Origin: an uncultured virus (IMG/VR IMGVR_UViG_3300037585_002406)
Taxonomy: Duplodnaviria > Heunggongvirae > Uroviricota > Caudoviricetes > Crassvirales
Strand: one strand, 5' to 3'
DNA: 64,000 nucleotides
Virus record (IMG/VR): IMGVR_UViG_3300037585_002406
Shown piece by piece: positions 16,638 through 26,664 of the stretch. Each line of letters begins with the position of its first letter. The first letter of the stretch is position 1. Position numbers and translations under genes: made by a program. Below the pieces are notes generated by a model. It ran no database searches. It saw only the letters and a program-made list of their open reading frames with translations, and was not told the origin of the DNA.

Positions 16638-18983
16638 ATGAGAACACGCAAAAGAAAACCAACACCTAAAAAGGTACCGCTTAAAAAGGGATATAAACTA
16701 AGACAGGGCCGCCAACAAGGTATAGGCGGTGCACTATTAACCTTAGGTAAAAACTTAGCATCGGGTAAAAAACTCGGTGGTGGAGCTCTAAAGGGTGTTC
16801 TTAGAGCTGGTGTAACACCAGGTAGTGGTATAAGTGCAGGAGCTGGACTTGCTGGAGAGTTACTTAAAAAGTCTAAGAAACCAGGTTTACAGAAGCTTGG
16901 TAAAGGAGTAAGCGCTGCTGGAAACATAGCTGGTATGTTAACTGGCTCTGGTGGCGGCGGAGGATTAGGAAAACTAGCTAAAGGAGCTTTAGGCGCTATT
17001 ACAGGCGGAGGCGGAGGAGCTGGTGGAGGATTAGGAGCTTTGGCTAAAGGAGCTATGGGTGCTCTTGGTGGAGGCGGCGGAGCTGCAGGTGGCGGTGGCG
17101 GTGGCGGCGGCTTAGCAGGCTTAGCTAAAGGAGCATTAGGAGCATTAACAGGAGAAGAAGGTATGCGTGTACCTATGCAGAATGGTGGAGTAGTTAGTTA
17201 TCCTATGGCTGACGGCGGTATAGTTAGCTATAATGTAGGAGGAGCTATTCCTCCAAACCCAGCTGCAGGCGGAGCCAGCGCACCTTTTGCGGCAGAACCA
17301 CCAGCAGGAGGAGCCCCAGGACTGAAGACCCAACCACCAGCAGGAGGTGGAGCACCAGGAGGTGGAGCACCACCAGCAGGAGGAGCCCCAGCGCCAGGTG
17401 GCGGAGGACTTTTTGGAGGGAAATTTAAAGGAGCATTTAAGCCAGGAGGCATAGGTAGAAAGCTAGTTGGAGGTGCATTAGCAGGACCTGCAGGATTCTT
17501 ATTAGGTGGATTAGGTGGTAAGAAGCAGGCACACGGCGGTTTAGTTAGCTATAATGTAGGAGGAGCCGTACCAGTTGATCCAGCAGCAGCAGCTGCAGGA
17601 GCAGTACCAGATCCAGCTGCAGGAGCAGTACCAGATCCAGCAGCAGCAGCTGCAGCAGGAGCAGGAGCGGCACCAGCCGCAGGAGCAGGAGCGGCACCAC
17701 AAGCAGGTGGCGGAGGAGGTTTATTTGGGGGTAAAGGAGGCGGTGGTTTCGGTAAAAGATTACTAAAAGGAGTTTTAACTGGGGGGATGTCTGAGGTCGC
17801 TGGAGCTTTAAAGAAGCAAGAAGAAGGAGGATTAGTTAGCTATAATGTAGGAGGAGCTACACCAGTGGATCCAGGAGCAGGAGCTTCTGCACCTGTACAA
17901 CCAGCACCTCAAGGAGGAGCAACAGCAGGAGCAACACCAGCAGAGGCAGCAGCCGATGCAGCAGCAGCTGCACCTCAACCTGATCCAACACAAGCAGCCG
18001 CAGGAGCTGCACCAGGAGCTGCACCAGGAGGTGGAGCGGCACCAGGAGGAAAGTTAGGGGGCTTCTTAAAGAAAGGCGGTCTAGGTAGGAAATTAATTGG
18101 GGGTGCATTAGGAGGGCCTTTAGGATTCATGTTAGGCGGTCTCGGTGGCAAAAAGCAGGAACATGGAGGTAGGGTAGCCAATGAAGAGCTTATGATGGCG
18201 CTCGAAAACGACATATTAAGGTTAAGAGGCTTAAAAAAAAAAGTACTTACTAGATTCGACGAGGGAGGTGTAGTAAACGGAGAGGGTGATCCCACAAAGG
18301 AGGGGTCAGACGATGAGCCTAGAATGATGGGGGGTACCGAGATTCTCGGTGGAGACCCTATTGAAGGGGATTTATTAAGTGTGAGAATGCCGTCAGAAAC
18401 TACACAGCGAATGGCTGGGTTACCTGACATTGGATATGGTGAAAGATACACTGAAGAAGGTGAAGAAGAAGAGGCATTAGAAGCACCAGAAGGAATGAGA
18501 GAGATCGGTAAGAGAGGTCCATCTTTAATTAAGCAAAGTATAAAAAAGAAACTTAAAGGTGATCTTCAAGATATAGAAGATGAGGAGTCGGATTCTTCGC
18601 CTATACTACACAATCCAAAAACAAGCAATACAAGGGTATTTAAAGGAGGAGAAGATGGGCCGTCTCTGTATGGAGGTGAAGAAGACGCATTTGCTAAAGG
18701 GTTTAGACGAGGAGAGCAGGCTTTTTATGCGTCACCAAAGGTATATGATCTTATGAAGAAAGAGGGGATCAATCCTAAAGATCCAATGGCTATGGAGTTC
18801 ATGAAGGATTTGCAAAAGACGAAACCACAATTATTCTCGAATAAGAACGAGTTTAGTGGTGCTATCAACCATATGGTAATGAAAGAGGCTAATACAGACC
18901 CTCAATCAGGTAGAGGTTTCTTTATACCTAGACAAAAGATTAGAGCTTCGTTTGATTACGGAGGTAAAGTATATGTAAGGTAA
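16638..18983 (+). CDS. Gly/Ala/Pro-rich repetitive protein with repeated xxxGGxV motifs
   Basis: GG(I/L)VSYNVGGA x3, LAKGA(L/M)GA x3, Pro/Ala spacers and an acidic C-terminal third. Confidence 0.75.
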   Translation: MRTRKRKPTPKKVPLKKGYKLRQGRQQGIGGALLTLGKNLASGKKLGGGALKGVLRAGVTPGSGISAGAGLAGELLKKSKKPGLQKLGKGVSAAGNIAGMLTGSGGGGGLGKLAKGALGAITGGGGGAGGGLGALAKGAMGALGGGGGAAGGGGGGGGLAGLAKGALGALTGEEGMRVPMQNGGVVSYPMADGGIVSYNVGGAIPPNPAAGGASAPFAAEPPAGGAPGLKTQPPAGGGAPGGGAPPAGGAPAPGGGGLFGGKFKGAFKPGGIGRKLVGGALAGPAGFLLGGLGGKKQAHGGLVSYNVGGAVPVDPAAAAAGAVPDPAAGAVPDPAAAAAAGAGAAPAAGAGAAPQAGGGGGLFGGKGGGGFGKRLLKGVLTGGMSEVAGALKKQEEGGLVSYNVGGATPVDPGAGASAPVQPAPQGGATAGATPAEAAADAAAAAPQPDPTQAAAGAAPGAAPGGGAAPGGKLGGFLKKGGLGRKLIGGALGGPLGFMLGGLGGKKQEHGGRVANEELMMALENDILRLRGLKKKVLTRFDEGGVVNGEGDPTKEGSDDEPRMMGGTEILGGDPIEGDLLSVRMPSETTQRMAGLPDIGYGERYTEEGEEEEALEAPEGMREIGKRGPSLIKQSIKKKLKGDLQDIEDEESDSSPILHNPKTSNTRVFKGGEDGPSLYGGEEDAFAKGFRRGEQAFYASPKVYDLMKKEGINPKDPMAMEFMKDLQKTKPQLFSNKNEFSGAINHMVMKEANTDPQSGRGFFIPRQKIRASFDYGGKVYVR

Positions 18984-19012
18984 AAAAAGAGGGGCTTGCG
19001 CCCCTTTTTTAT
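18984..19012. terminator. Bidirectional rho-independent terminator
   Basis: A-tract-AGGGGC-TTGC-GCCCCT-T-tract between convergent genes. Confidence 0.9.
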
Positions 19013-19206
19013 TTCTCTATAAGTTTAATACCCGTCTCCCACGGTAGAGGAGATTGTAGGTTTCTGTACGTAATCGCCAGATCTTGTGTTCTTTCGTTGT
19101 AGCAGTTGTTACGAATAATAAGTCTATTCGCCTTTCTGCTCTGTGTCTCCATAAACGGTAATAAGATTGCAACTAATGCTAATGTTTTTAAAATGTACTT
19201 TATCAT
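19009..19206 (-). CDS. Small protein with signal peptide/TM anchor, oriented against the late region
   Basis: MIKYILKTLALVAILLPF; ends at the bidirectional terminator. Confidence 0.5.
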   Translation of the reverse strand: MIKYILKTLALVAILLPFMETQSRKANRLIIRNNCYNERTQDLAITYRNLQSPLPWETGIKLIEK

Positions 19207-19380
19207 AACGTGTAAATTAAGGGTTAGTAAATCAGTTGTATATTTGAACTGCTGATCTCAGTATACGGCAAAGTTTTCGTAAAAACAAATTTTGATTGAA
19301 GAAAAGATATTTCAACACAAAGAAAAAACGTAAAGATCCAGCCGTAGAGGCAGAGAAAATAAGACTCAATAAAATTAAAA

Positions 19381-19899
19381 ATGAAACTAGAGGTAATAAG
19401 ATTCAACAAAGGGGTAGATTCGACTAACGGGATACTATTCGATATAACAGATGGAGCAAGAAAATTTTTATGTTACACTCTCGAAGATGAAGACAGAGAT
19501 GAAAAGGTACAAGGAGAAACTTGTATACCTGAAGGAGAGTACCGCCTCGGTATTCGAAATGTGGGTGGATTCCATAAAAAGTACTCTAAAAGATTTGCCG
19601 ACATACATAAAGGGATGCTTCATGTCCTTAATGTACCTGGTTTTTCTTATATTCTTATTCATTGTGGTAATACCGATGAGCATACTGCGGGATGCCTTCT
19701 CGTGGGCGACACGCAAGAAAACAACAACATCAAGAAAGACGGATTTATAGGCAAGAGCACAGCAGCATATATGAGAATATATCCAGATATAGTAGATGCG
19801 GTCCTCTCTGGTGAGGAATGCACTATTGTATACAGGGACTTTGCAGAATCATTGATACTAACACAAATGGACGTTAGTGAATTTTTTGGAGAATGTTAG
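19381..19899 (+). CDS. DUF5675-like protein (L,D-transpeptidase-like; candidate cell-wall enzyme)
   Basis: CYTLED..TCIPEGEY..ILIHCGNT..TAGCLLVG. Confidence 0.8.
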   Translation: MKLEVIRFNKGVDSTNGILFDITDGARKFLCYTLEDEDRDEKVQGETCIPEGEYRLGIRNVGGFHKKYSKRFADIHKGMLHVLNVPGFSYILIHCGNTDEHTAGCLLVGDTQENNNIKKDGFIGKSTAAYMRIYPDIVDAVLSGEECTIVYRDFAESLILTQMDVSEFFGEC

Positions 19900-20762
19900 G
19901 ATTAGGAGCAAATATGACTCATGTTTCCGCTCCAAGTGGTGGTGGCCAAAGAGTTCTTATAGCGTCTTGGGATTTTAATGACGATACAGGTTCCAGTAGT
20001 GCAAGCTCTCCTTCATCAGCAACAGTACCTACTGGGTGGGCTAAGGCGGATAGCGAGAATTTTACGCTTTTTGGTAGTACAACAGATTATGACTTACAAA
20101 GCTTATATCAAAACACTAAAGGTTGGGTGTTTGGTTACAGTAATTCGGCAACTGGGGCAACAGGTGCAATTGGCGGTCATGCAGGAGGTCCTGATTCTTT
20201 AGATACCGTAATTACAAGCGGTGTTTCTGATGAAACTAGCGATGCTAGATACCTATTTAGTGAGACTTCTACTCCTATGAACCCAGGTTCAGGGCAAGAA
20301 GCAAGGGCTAGTATAATAAGAACAGAGGAACTTGACTTTAGTGCATATGCATCAGTAGAAATAACTTTTTGGTTTCACTGCTACGGTGCGTCTTTCGGAT
20401 CTGGAGGAGGCTTTGGACTAGCTGCAACGACAAGCGCTACATCTGCAAGTAGTGCCGATGAAGCTGGTAGCGGTTTAGGATTTACAAGTTACACAGCAGG
20501 AGGCGCAACTATGGAGTTTACAGATCTTAGTGACACCGCAAAATCTTTAGTAAGAATAGGTAGTGAAGGCCAAGTCCAAACTGGCGGTCATGGATCTTCA
20601 GATCTACCAGCCAATAGGTGGATAAAGGCAACAGCGGATCTCAGTGCAGCGGCTGGTGAAAGTTCAGTATATATACATCTTGCTGGAATCTCTAACCCTG
20701 TTATAAATTCATATACTCAAGACTTTGGGGTAGACAGTATAGCAATAATAGGTACAACATAA
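19893..20762 (+). CDS. Putative fibre/appendage protein with MLGLG N-terminus and a MAM-like domain
   Basis: MLGLGA; Y.FSETS, LDFS, ITFWFH.YG and DFGVDSI motifs. Confidence 0.55.
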   Translation: MLGLGANMTHVSAPSGGGQRVLIASWDFNDDTGSSSASSPSSATVPTGWAKADSENFTLFGSTTDYDLQSLYQNTKGWVFGYSNSATGATGAIGGHAGGPDSLDTVITSGVSDETSDARYLFSETSTPMNPGSGQEARASIIRTEELDFSAYASVEITFWFHCYGASFGSGGGFGLAATTSATSASSADEAGSGLGFTSYTAGGATMEFTDLSDTAKSLVRIGSEGQVQTGGHGSSDLPANRWIKATADLSAAAGESSVYIHLAGISNPVINSYTQDFGVDSIAIIGTT

Positions 20763-20959
20763 TGGAAGAGTGTAACAAATGTTCTGATGGTACAATGCAA
20801 GACGCAAAATATCTGTGCCACACAAGTGATTATAGGATTGTAGATCTAAGCAACAGCTTACTACTGAAGGTGGTTGATCACGATCTACCTTCTGATGATA
20901 ACGAAATAGGTGCCAGTAGTAACTGTAAATATTGCAGCTGTGGTAATTTTTGGAGTTAG
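20762..20959 (+). CDS. Small Cys-rich protein
   Basis: CxxC at both ends; translationally coupled. Confidence 0.45.
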   Translation: MEECNKCSDGTMQDAKYLCHTSDYRIVDLSNSLLLKVVDHDLPSDDNEIGASSNCKYCSCGNFWS

Positions 20960-21471
20960 TGTTAGGATTAGGAGCAAACATAGTATATCAGTCGCCACAA
21001 AGCGCTATTAAATTAGTTGTAGCTGCCTTAACAACCACAGACACAGATGATGAAAACGTGATGGTTGCTTTTACTGTAACTGATTCTGACACTCAAGCAG
21101 CTTTGGTAGATGGTATAACTCAAGCAACTGGGGCTAAAGTAAACGGAACCTTTGAGCTTACCGTAACAAATGTAACGGCAAATCCAGATCTAGCAGGCAC
21201 AGATACATTCAACGTGTTTCAATACAATTCTGCTTCTACGTCTATATACTTTTTATCTTTAGCAACAAGCAATATAACTATAAGTAGCGGTGATGACTAT
21301 CAGGCCGTAGATTTAACCGCAGCCACATTTTTAAATACTGGAGGGTCGGATGCTGGTTTAGACGCAAGTGGTTCTGGCGAGATTTACAATTTTCAAGGCG
21401 TTTTATCTATACCAGGTTTTGAATCATCAGTATCGGTAGCTACTAATAACATATCAATAGACGCAGCATAA
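20959..21471 (+). CDS. Putative fibre/appendage protein with MLGLG N-terminus
   Basis: GTG start gives MLGLGAN, as in 19893. Confidence 0.55.
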   Translation: MLGLGANIVYQSPQSAIKLVVAALTTTDTDDENVMVAFTVTDSDTQAALVDGITQATGAKVNGTFELTVTNVTANPDLAGTDTFNVFQYNSASTSIYFLSLATSNITISSGDDYQAVDLTAATFLNTGGSDAGLDASGSGEIYNFQGVLSIPGFESSVSVATNNISIDAA

Positions 21472-22199
21472 TGGGGAAAGCAAAAGTAAGATTCGATTCA
21501 TTTGATCCAACAGCTGCTGCTGATGCAGCAATAAATGGTAGAGCATCAAAGGGTAGTGTAGGTAGTAGAACGTGGGGTCAATCAACAAGCTCTGAACGCC
21601 CTACACATAAAACTCACGGAACAAATTCTAAACTCAAGGGTCCAATCACAACTTCACAGTTTGACGGGAGTGATGACCACTTAGATCTAAGCACTGCTCA
21701 CTCTCTAAGCACTTCAGATGCTTGGATGTTTGTTATTGCCTTTGTAGATCTTGATACTTCATCAGATAACACTTTGTTAGGATTTACAGGAACGGGCGGA
21801 AATCCTGACGGATACTTACAAATAGGATCTGGAGGCACTAGCGTAAAATGGAAACCTGCTACAGGTAAAAGACCAGAGGTATCAACAGCTATTAATAATA
21901 CTGATAACTCTAGTACAAACTATACTTTTGGAAGTGATGTAGAAGTTTTAATACTTTACCAGACGGGTGGTCAACAGTTTTATTATAACATAGATGGAGA
22001 TTTAATAGGTCAAACTTCTGTAGATGGAGGGTTTTCTCAGTTTTGTGATTTGACAGAGATAGGTGGACACAGCGGAGAAACAGAGTTTCTAAACGCTGAA
22101 CTAATTGATGTTAGAATTTATACTGGATCTGATGTACCTCCTACAACAACAGCTTCTCTACAAGCTATAGGGAATAGATATAAGCAGTATAAAGACTAA
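21471..22199 (+). CDS. LamG/concanavalin-like domain structural protein
   Basis: FDGSDDHL..IGG..DVRIY. Confidence 0.55.
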   Translation: MGKAKVRFDSFDPTAAADAAINGRASKGSVGSRTWGQSTSSERPTHKTHGTNSKLKGPITTSQFDGSDDHLDLSTAHSLSTSDAWMFVIAFVDLDTSSDNTLLGFTGTGGNPDGYLQIGSGGTSVKWKPATGKRPEVSTAINNTDNSSTNYTFGSDVEVLILYQTGGQQFYYNIDGDLIGQTSVDGGFSQFCDLTEIGGHSGETEFLNAELIDVRIYTGSDVPPTTTASLQAIGNRYKQYKD

Positions 22200-22618
22200 T
22201 CATCTAATTCTCTGTAAACCCTCTGTACAAGTAATCTAGCTTTCTGAGTCAGCGCATATCTCACTCTGTAATTGTATTTAGTTTCATCTCTAAATAAATG
22301 ATCTTCATATGTATTAGAGGGTGTTAGTTTGTCAAAGTGTTTATATAGATACCCTTTATTGACCATAGGGTATATGAAGCGGTTTTGTGTATTGTTCTTA
22401 TTCATCCCCATATCCTTAGATGCATAATCTATCGTAAAAAACTGTAGATCATAACCCCACAATAGGAACTCTACCTCGCTAAATGAGAGATCGGTATTTT
22501 TGTTTATATTACGCTTAACCTCTTTAAGTCTTTTAAGGTAGTTTCTTAGAATATATTTCTTATCTTGCAGTGCGAAATCTCTAAAAAGGCGCTTCTTTGG
22601 AACTCTACTTTTAGGCAT
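22196..22618 (-). CDS. MarR-like winged-helix protein
   Basis: LSFSEVEFLL..M.NKGY..YALTQKAR. Confidence 0.55.
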   Translation of the reverse strand: MPKSRVPKKRLFRDFALQDKKYILRNYLKRLKEVKRNINKNTDLSFSEVEFLLWGYDLQFFTIDYASKDMGMNKNNTQNRFIYPMVNKGYLYKHFDKLTPSNTYEDHLFRDETKYNYRVRYALTQKARLLVQRVYRELDD

Positions 22619-22622
22619 TAAA

Positions 22623-22952
22623 ATGAATTTATTACGTAAAGATATGGAAGAACAGGCTTTTTTCTTAGAGATTCAGCGATTATCTATAGAGATAGATAAA
22701 GTTATTGATGAATACGGAATGCGTGATAGGGCCCTATCTGTTATGGTTACGGGGCTTATTGATGAAAATATATTTGGAGATAGAAGAATTAAAGCTATAT
22801 ATAGTTATAGTTTAGACTCACAAGAGGAATTAGACAATGTAATGAATTTTATAGATAATACTTGGGACGACCCTGATAAAAAAGAAGAAGACAACTATTA
22901 CAAAGACATAGATGATTTATTAGACGGAACAGGCATAGAATTAGAAGATTAA
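22623..22952 (+). CDS. Hypothetical acidic protein
   Basis: ORF track. Confidence 0.6.
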   Translation: MNLLRKDMEEQAFFLEIQRLSIEIDKVIDEYGMRDRALSVMVTGLIDENIFGDRRIKAIYSYSLDSQEELDNVMNFIDNTWDDPDKKEEDNYYKDIDDLLDGTGIELED

Positions 22953-22957
22953 ATAAA

Positions 22958-23197
22958 ATGGAAGGACTTATTAGAAAAATTGTGGTCGGAAGAGACCCTA
23001 AAGATGCTATGGCTTATTATGTAGGCATGAGAGCAGGAGCTGGCAAAGTCAGCACAATAGTACAGGATGATCGCTATTTGCATAAATACGGTAAGAATAG
23101 ATACTTAGTCTATATGGAGGATGAAGACAGTATCCAAACATTATGGAAAGCTATCGAAGGCATGCCATGTATGCTTGAGTTTGATTGTAATTTTTAA
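22958..23197 (+). CDS. Conserved phage protein (IRKI..G.D.KDAM.Y.VG)
   Basis: Motif recalled from the gene preceding GroES-like genes in Bacteroidetes phages. Confidence 0.6.
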   Translation: MEGLIRKIVVGRDPKDAMAYYVGMRAGAGKVSTIVQDDRYLHKYGKNRYLVYMEDEDSIQTLWKAIEGMPCMLEFDCNF

Positions 23198-23200
23198 ATC

Positions 23201-23797
23201 ATGAAGACGTTTAATTTATTTGTTGTTAAGCTTGAAAAAAGGTTTGACGATAAGGTTGTTACAGACAGTGGTCTTGAACTATACATGGATACAAAGTTTA
23301 ATGAATTTGAGAACCGCATCACAGAAGGGCCTGTCGTATGTGTGCCTTTTAAATATGACACTGGTGTTGAAGAGGGTGACACCTTATATTTTCATCATTT
23401 AGTGGTTATGGGTGGAGATAATAATGGTCAGATATTTACAGAAGAGGACAATACCTATATTGTAAACTACGATCCTGTTCACGCTATAGGGAATCAAGCC
23501 ATAGCCTATAAGAGCCAAAAAGATGGGAAAATTCGTTGTCTTACTGGTTGGTGCTTGTTAGAGCCTATAGAACAAGAAGAGCTCTCACTTAAATCAGATT
23601 TAATAGAAATAGTAGACCATAGTGAAAAGCTTCCAACCAAAGGTGAGGTAGCCCACCTATGCAAAGAAGGCGAGGAGCTAGGCTTAAAAACTGGTGATGT
23701 TGTAGGCTTTAAGCAAAATAGAGATTATCGTTTAACTATAGACGGGCAGGAATACTATCGTACCCGTGCAGAAGATTTAATGTATGTCGAAGTCTAA
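23201..23797 (+). CDS. GroES-like co-chaperonin (duplicated domain)
   Basis: DSGL..G.V...GDTLYFHH, then G.V..GDVVGF..Y...IDG.EYYR. Confidence 0.7.
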   Translation: MKTFNLFVVKLEKRFDDKVVTDSGLELYMDTKFNEFENRITEGPVVCVPFKYDTGVEEGDTLYFHHLVVMGGDNNGQIFTEEDNTYIVNYDPVHAIGNQAIAYKSQKDGKIRCLTGWCLLEPIEQEELSLKSDLIEIVDHSEKLPTKGEVAHLCKEGEELGLKTGDVVGFKQNRDYRLTIDGQEYYRTRAEDLMYVEV

Positions 23798-24074
23798 ATT
23801 CACCACAGCAGAGGCTGCTCAGAGATTAATGAATAGCATGGAAGTAGCTATTAATAACATGATTGACGAGATTAAAAAGCCTGTTGATCCTGAGATCAAC
23901 GGTAGCGCTAGAAAAGCTGAACTACAATCTATTAAGCAAACCGCTACAGATTGTAAAGAATTACTTGTTGAGAGACAAAGATTAGAACAGATGATTAAGG
24001 ACCTTAAAGAAAGCGGTAAAATAGAGCAAGCGAAGGATTATACGGGTGGATTTGCGGAAAGGTTTTCTAAGTAA
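23784..24074 (+). CDS. Putative terminase small subunit
   Basis: Helical protein ending GFAERFSK, just upstream of terL. Confidence 0.5.
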   Translation: MSKSKFTTAEAAQRLMNSMEVAINNMIDEIKKPVDPEINGSARKAELQSIKQTATDCKELLVERQRLEQMIKDLKESGKIEQAKDYTGGFAERFSK

Positions 24075-24083
24075 ATTTGTATT

Positions 24084-24320
24084 ATGCGCCTAAAAAGAAA
24101 CTATAGAAAGGAATATGATAAGTTTCAGTCCTCTAGAGAGCAAAAGAGAAGAAGGGCTGGTAGAAACAAACGCAGAAGAAGGTTCCTTAAACTTGGATTA
24201 GTTAAAAAAGGTGATGGAAACGATATACACCATAAAGGAAGTAGCGTAAAAATAATGAAAGCCTCAAAGAATAGAGGTATATTTGAAAAGTCTAGACTCA
24301 AAGGATCTAAACGAAAATAA
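24084..24320 (+). CDS. Small basic HNH-like protein
   Basis: RNYRKEY..KGDGNDIHH..SKNRG. Confidence 0.55.
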   Translation: MRLKRNYRKEYDKFQSSREQKRRRAGRNKRRRRFLKLGLVKKGDGNDIHHKGSSVKIMKASKNRGIFEKSRLKGSKRK

Positions 24321-24330
24321 ATTGAATAAA

Positions 24331-24531
24331 ATGGCTAATTATAAGTGCGAGTGCGGTGATCACGAAGTAGAGTGTTCCAGCGTTGTTATTAAGGTTGTCG
24401 ACGGCAAGGCTATACACGATGTTAGGTGTCCGTGTGGTAAATACATGACAACTCCTAAAAAGAAAAGAAACTACACAAAAGATGGGGTTGCTTCTCTTGG
24501 AAGAATGAATAAGAGTGGTAGTAGCTACTAA
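24331..24531 (+). CDS. Small zinc-ribbon protein
   Basis: YKCECG..CPCGKYM. Confidence 0.55.
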   Translation: MANYKCECGDHEVECSSVVIKVVDGKAIHDVRCPCGKYMTTPKKKRNYTKDGVASLGRMNKSGSSY

Positions 24532-26645
24532 TGTCCGTATTGCTAAACTTAAAGGAGTATGATGAACCTGCTGTCAAGATTTGTCCCAACGGTACGGAGG
24601 GTGAAATTATCGAACTCGGTGGGTTACTCATTTGCCTTCCAAAAAGGCCACCTAAGAAAGAAATTCTCGGACATAAAGAATCAAACTCTATGCAGGTGTG
24701 GAGAAGAACATCTATGCCCCAGGAATTGTCTCGTATTAAATCTATGGATGAGTGGGCGGAAATGCCAAGGGAATTCAGAGAGAGGTTTCGTCCATATGTC
24801 GAGGAAGAGTTTAGGCGTAGGCGTGAGGGTTTTTGGTTTTATAACAACGGTGCAGCTACATATATTACGGGGCGGCATTATATGATGTTGCAGTGGACCA
24901 AGTTAGATATTGGTTACCCATATTTCCTTAACTTTCAGCGTGAAATATTCTTACACATGGCTGCGTGCGAGTCTGATCCTCGTTGTATCGGTCAGTTATA
25001 TACTAAGTGTCGTCGTTCTGGCTATACTAATATCTGTAGTGCTGTTCTTGTGGACGAAGCTACACAGGTTAAAGACAAGCTTATGGGGATCCAGTCGAAG
25101 ACTGGTAAAGACGCACAGGAAAACATCTTTATGAAGAAGGTGGTTTATATGTTTAGAAACTACCCATTCTTCTTTAAACCAATACAAGACGGTACAACTA
25201 ACCCGCGTATGGAGTTAGCCTTTAGAGAGCCGTCAAAACGAATAACCAAAAAGAACAAAACCTCACAGATGGGGGAGGCCCTTAATACGGTTATAAATTG
25301 GAAAAACACAACTAATAATGCATATGACGGTGAAAAACTACACTTGTTATATTTAGACGAAGCAGGAAAATGGGAAAGACCTACAGACATAAGAGACGCA
25401 TGGAGGATTCAGAGGACGTGTTTGATCGTCGGGCGAAAAATCGTGGGAAAGGCGCTGGTCGGAAGCACGGTAAATCCGATGGACAAAGGAGGAAAGGAGT
25501 ACAAAGACCTATGGGCGGACTCAGACCCTTTGATGAGGAACGCGAATGGTAGAACCGTAAGCGGTCTCTATAGATTATTTATACCAGCTCAAGATTCTCT
25601 TGAGGGTTTTTTTGATATATATGGGTATCCAGTTATAGATAATCCCGAATCTCCTGTAGAAGGTATAGATGGGGAAAACATAATTATAGGGTCTAAAAGA
25701 TATTTAAAGAACGAAAGAGACTCATTAAAACATGATCCGTCTGAGCTTAATGAGGTAACAAGGCAGTTCCCGTTTACAGAGGATGAAGCTTTTAGAGATA
25801 GTATTGAGGGTAGTTTATTTAATATTGGTAAGATATACCAGCAAATAGAGTATAACGACGAACTATTTCCAAACCCTGTAGTGAAGGGTAATTTTGTGTG
25901 GAAGGAGAAAGATAAGGAAGCTGTATTTAGCCCAGACGTTAATGGTAGGTTTAAAATAGCGTGGTTGCCGCCAGAGGATCAAAGAAATATAACAAAATCA
26001 GACAGAGGTAAAAAAGTACCGCCTTTTAGCGACAGAGGATGTGGTGGTGTCGACTCATATGATCTTGACGCTACTGTAGACGGCAGGGGCTCTAAGGGTG
26101 CACTACACATATATAATAAGTTTCATATGGAAAACCCATCCAATATGTTTGTTGTAGAGTATGCATCCCGTCCAGATCTTGCAAGAATCTTCTATGAGGA
26201 TGTTCTCATGTGTGCTTTCTTTTATGGGTACCCGATCTTAATAGAGAACAATAAATACGGTATAGCAAGGTACTTTGAATCAAGAGGTTATGATGGTTAC
26301 TTAATGAACCGTCCAGAACACCTCAAAACGTCCACGGCTAAGGTTCAGGTAAAAACAAAAGGCATACCGTCTAATTCTCAGGACGTTATTCAGGCTCACG
26401 CCCATGCAATAGAGTCATATATACACGAGCACGTTGGGATAAATTACGACACAGGAGACATGGGGAAAATGTATTTTAACTCAACTATGGAGGATTGGAT
26501 AGGATTTAAAATAGATAAAAGAACAAAATTTGACTTGACTATTAGCTCAGGATTAGCGTTGCTAGCCGCACAAAAATCTAAAGCTAAACCTAAGACAGAC
26601 TTCACTGAGCGTAAGTTTTTTAGGAAATATCAAGTAATCGGTTGA
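24531..26645 (+). CDS. terL: Terminase large subunit
   Basis: KCRRSGYT Walker A, YLDEAGKW Walker B, GST, QFP.TEDEAF, GVDSYD and IENNK motifs; lies before the portal. Confidence 0.92.
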   Translation: MSVLLNLKEYDEPAVKICPNGTEGEIIELGGLLICLPKRPPKKEILGHKESNSMQVWRRTSMPQELSRIKSMDEWAEMPREFRERFRPYVEEEFRRRREGFWFYNNGAATYITGRHYMMLQWTKLDIGYPYFLNFQREIFLHMAACESDPRCIGQLYTKCRRSGYTNICSAVLVDEATQVKDKLMGIQSKTGKDAQENIFMKKVVYMFRNYPFFFKPIQDGTTNPRMELAFREPSKRITKKNKTSQMGEALNTVINWKNTTNNAYDGEKLHLLYLDEAGKWERPTDIRDAWRIQRTCLIVGRKIVGKALVGSTVNPMDKGGKEYKDLWADSDPLMRNANGRTVSGLYRLFIPAQDSLEGFFDIYGYPVIDNPESPVEGIDGENIIIGSKRYLKNERDSLKHDPSELNEVTRQFPFTEDEAFRDSIEGSLFNIGKIYQQIEYNDELFPNPVVKGNFVWKEKDKEAVFSPDVNGRFKIAWLPPEDQRNITKSDRGKKVPPFSDRGCGGVDSYDLDATVDGRGSKGALHIYNKFHMENPSNMFVVEYASRPDLARIFYEDVLMCAFFYGYPILIENNKYGIARYFESRGYDGYLMNRPEHLKTSTAKVQVKTKGIPSNSQDVIQAHAHAIESYIHEHVGINYDTGDMGKMYFNSTMEDWIGFKIDKRTKFDLTISSGLALLAAQKSKAKPKTDFTERKFFRKYQVIG

Positions 26646-26664
26646 TTCACTATATTTGCATAAT

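Noticed and set aside
17160..18060. CRISPR array or DGR-type repeats
   Set aside because: The repeats are in-frame coding repeats with synonymous variation. There are no regular spacers, no cas or reverse transcriptase gene, and no adenine-specific divergence.
1675..26645. Inteins or introns in RNR, helicase or terminase
   Set aside because: Lengths are normal and motifs contiguous; no splice-junction or homing-endonuclease motifs were seen.
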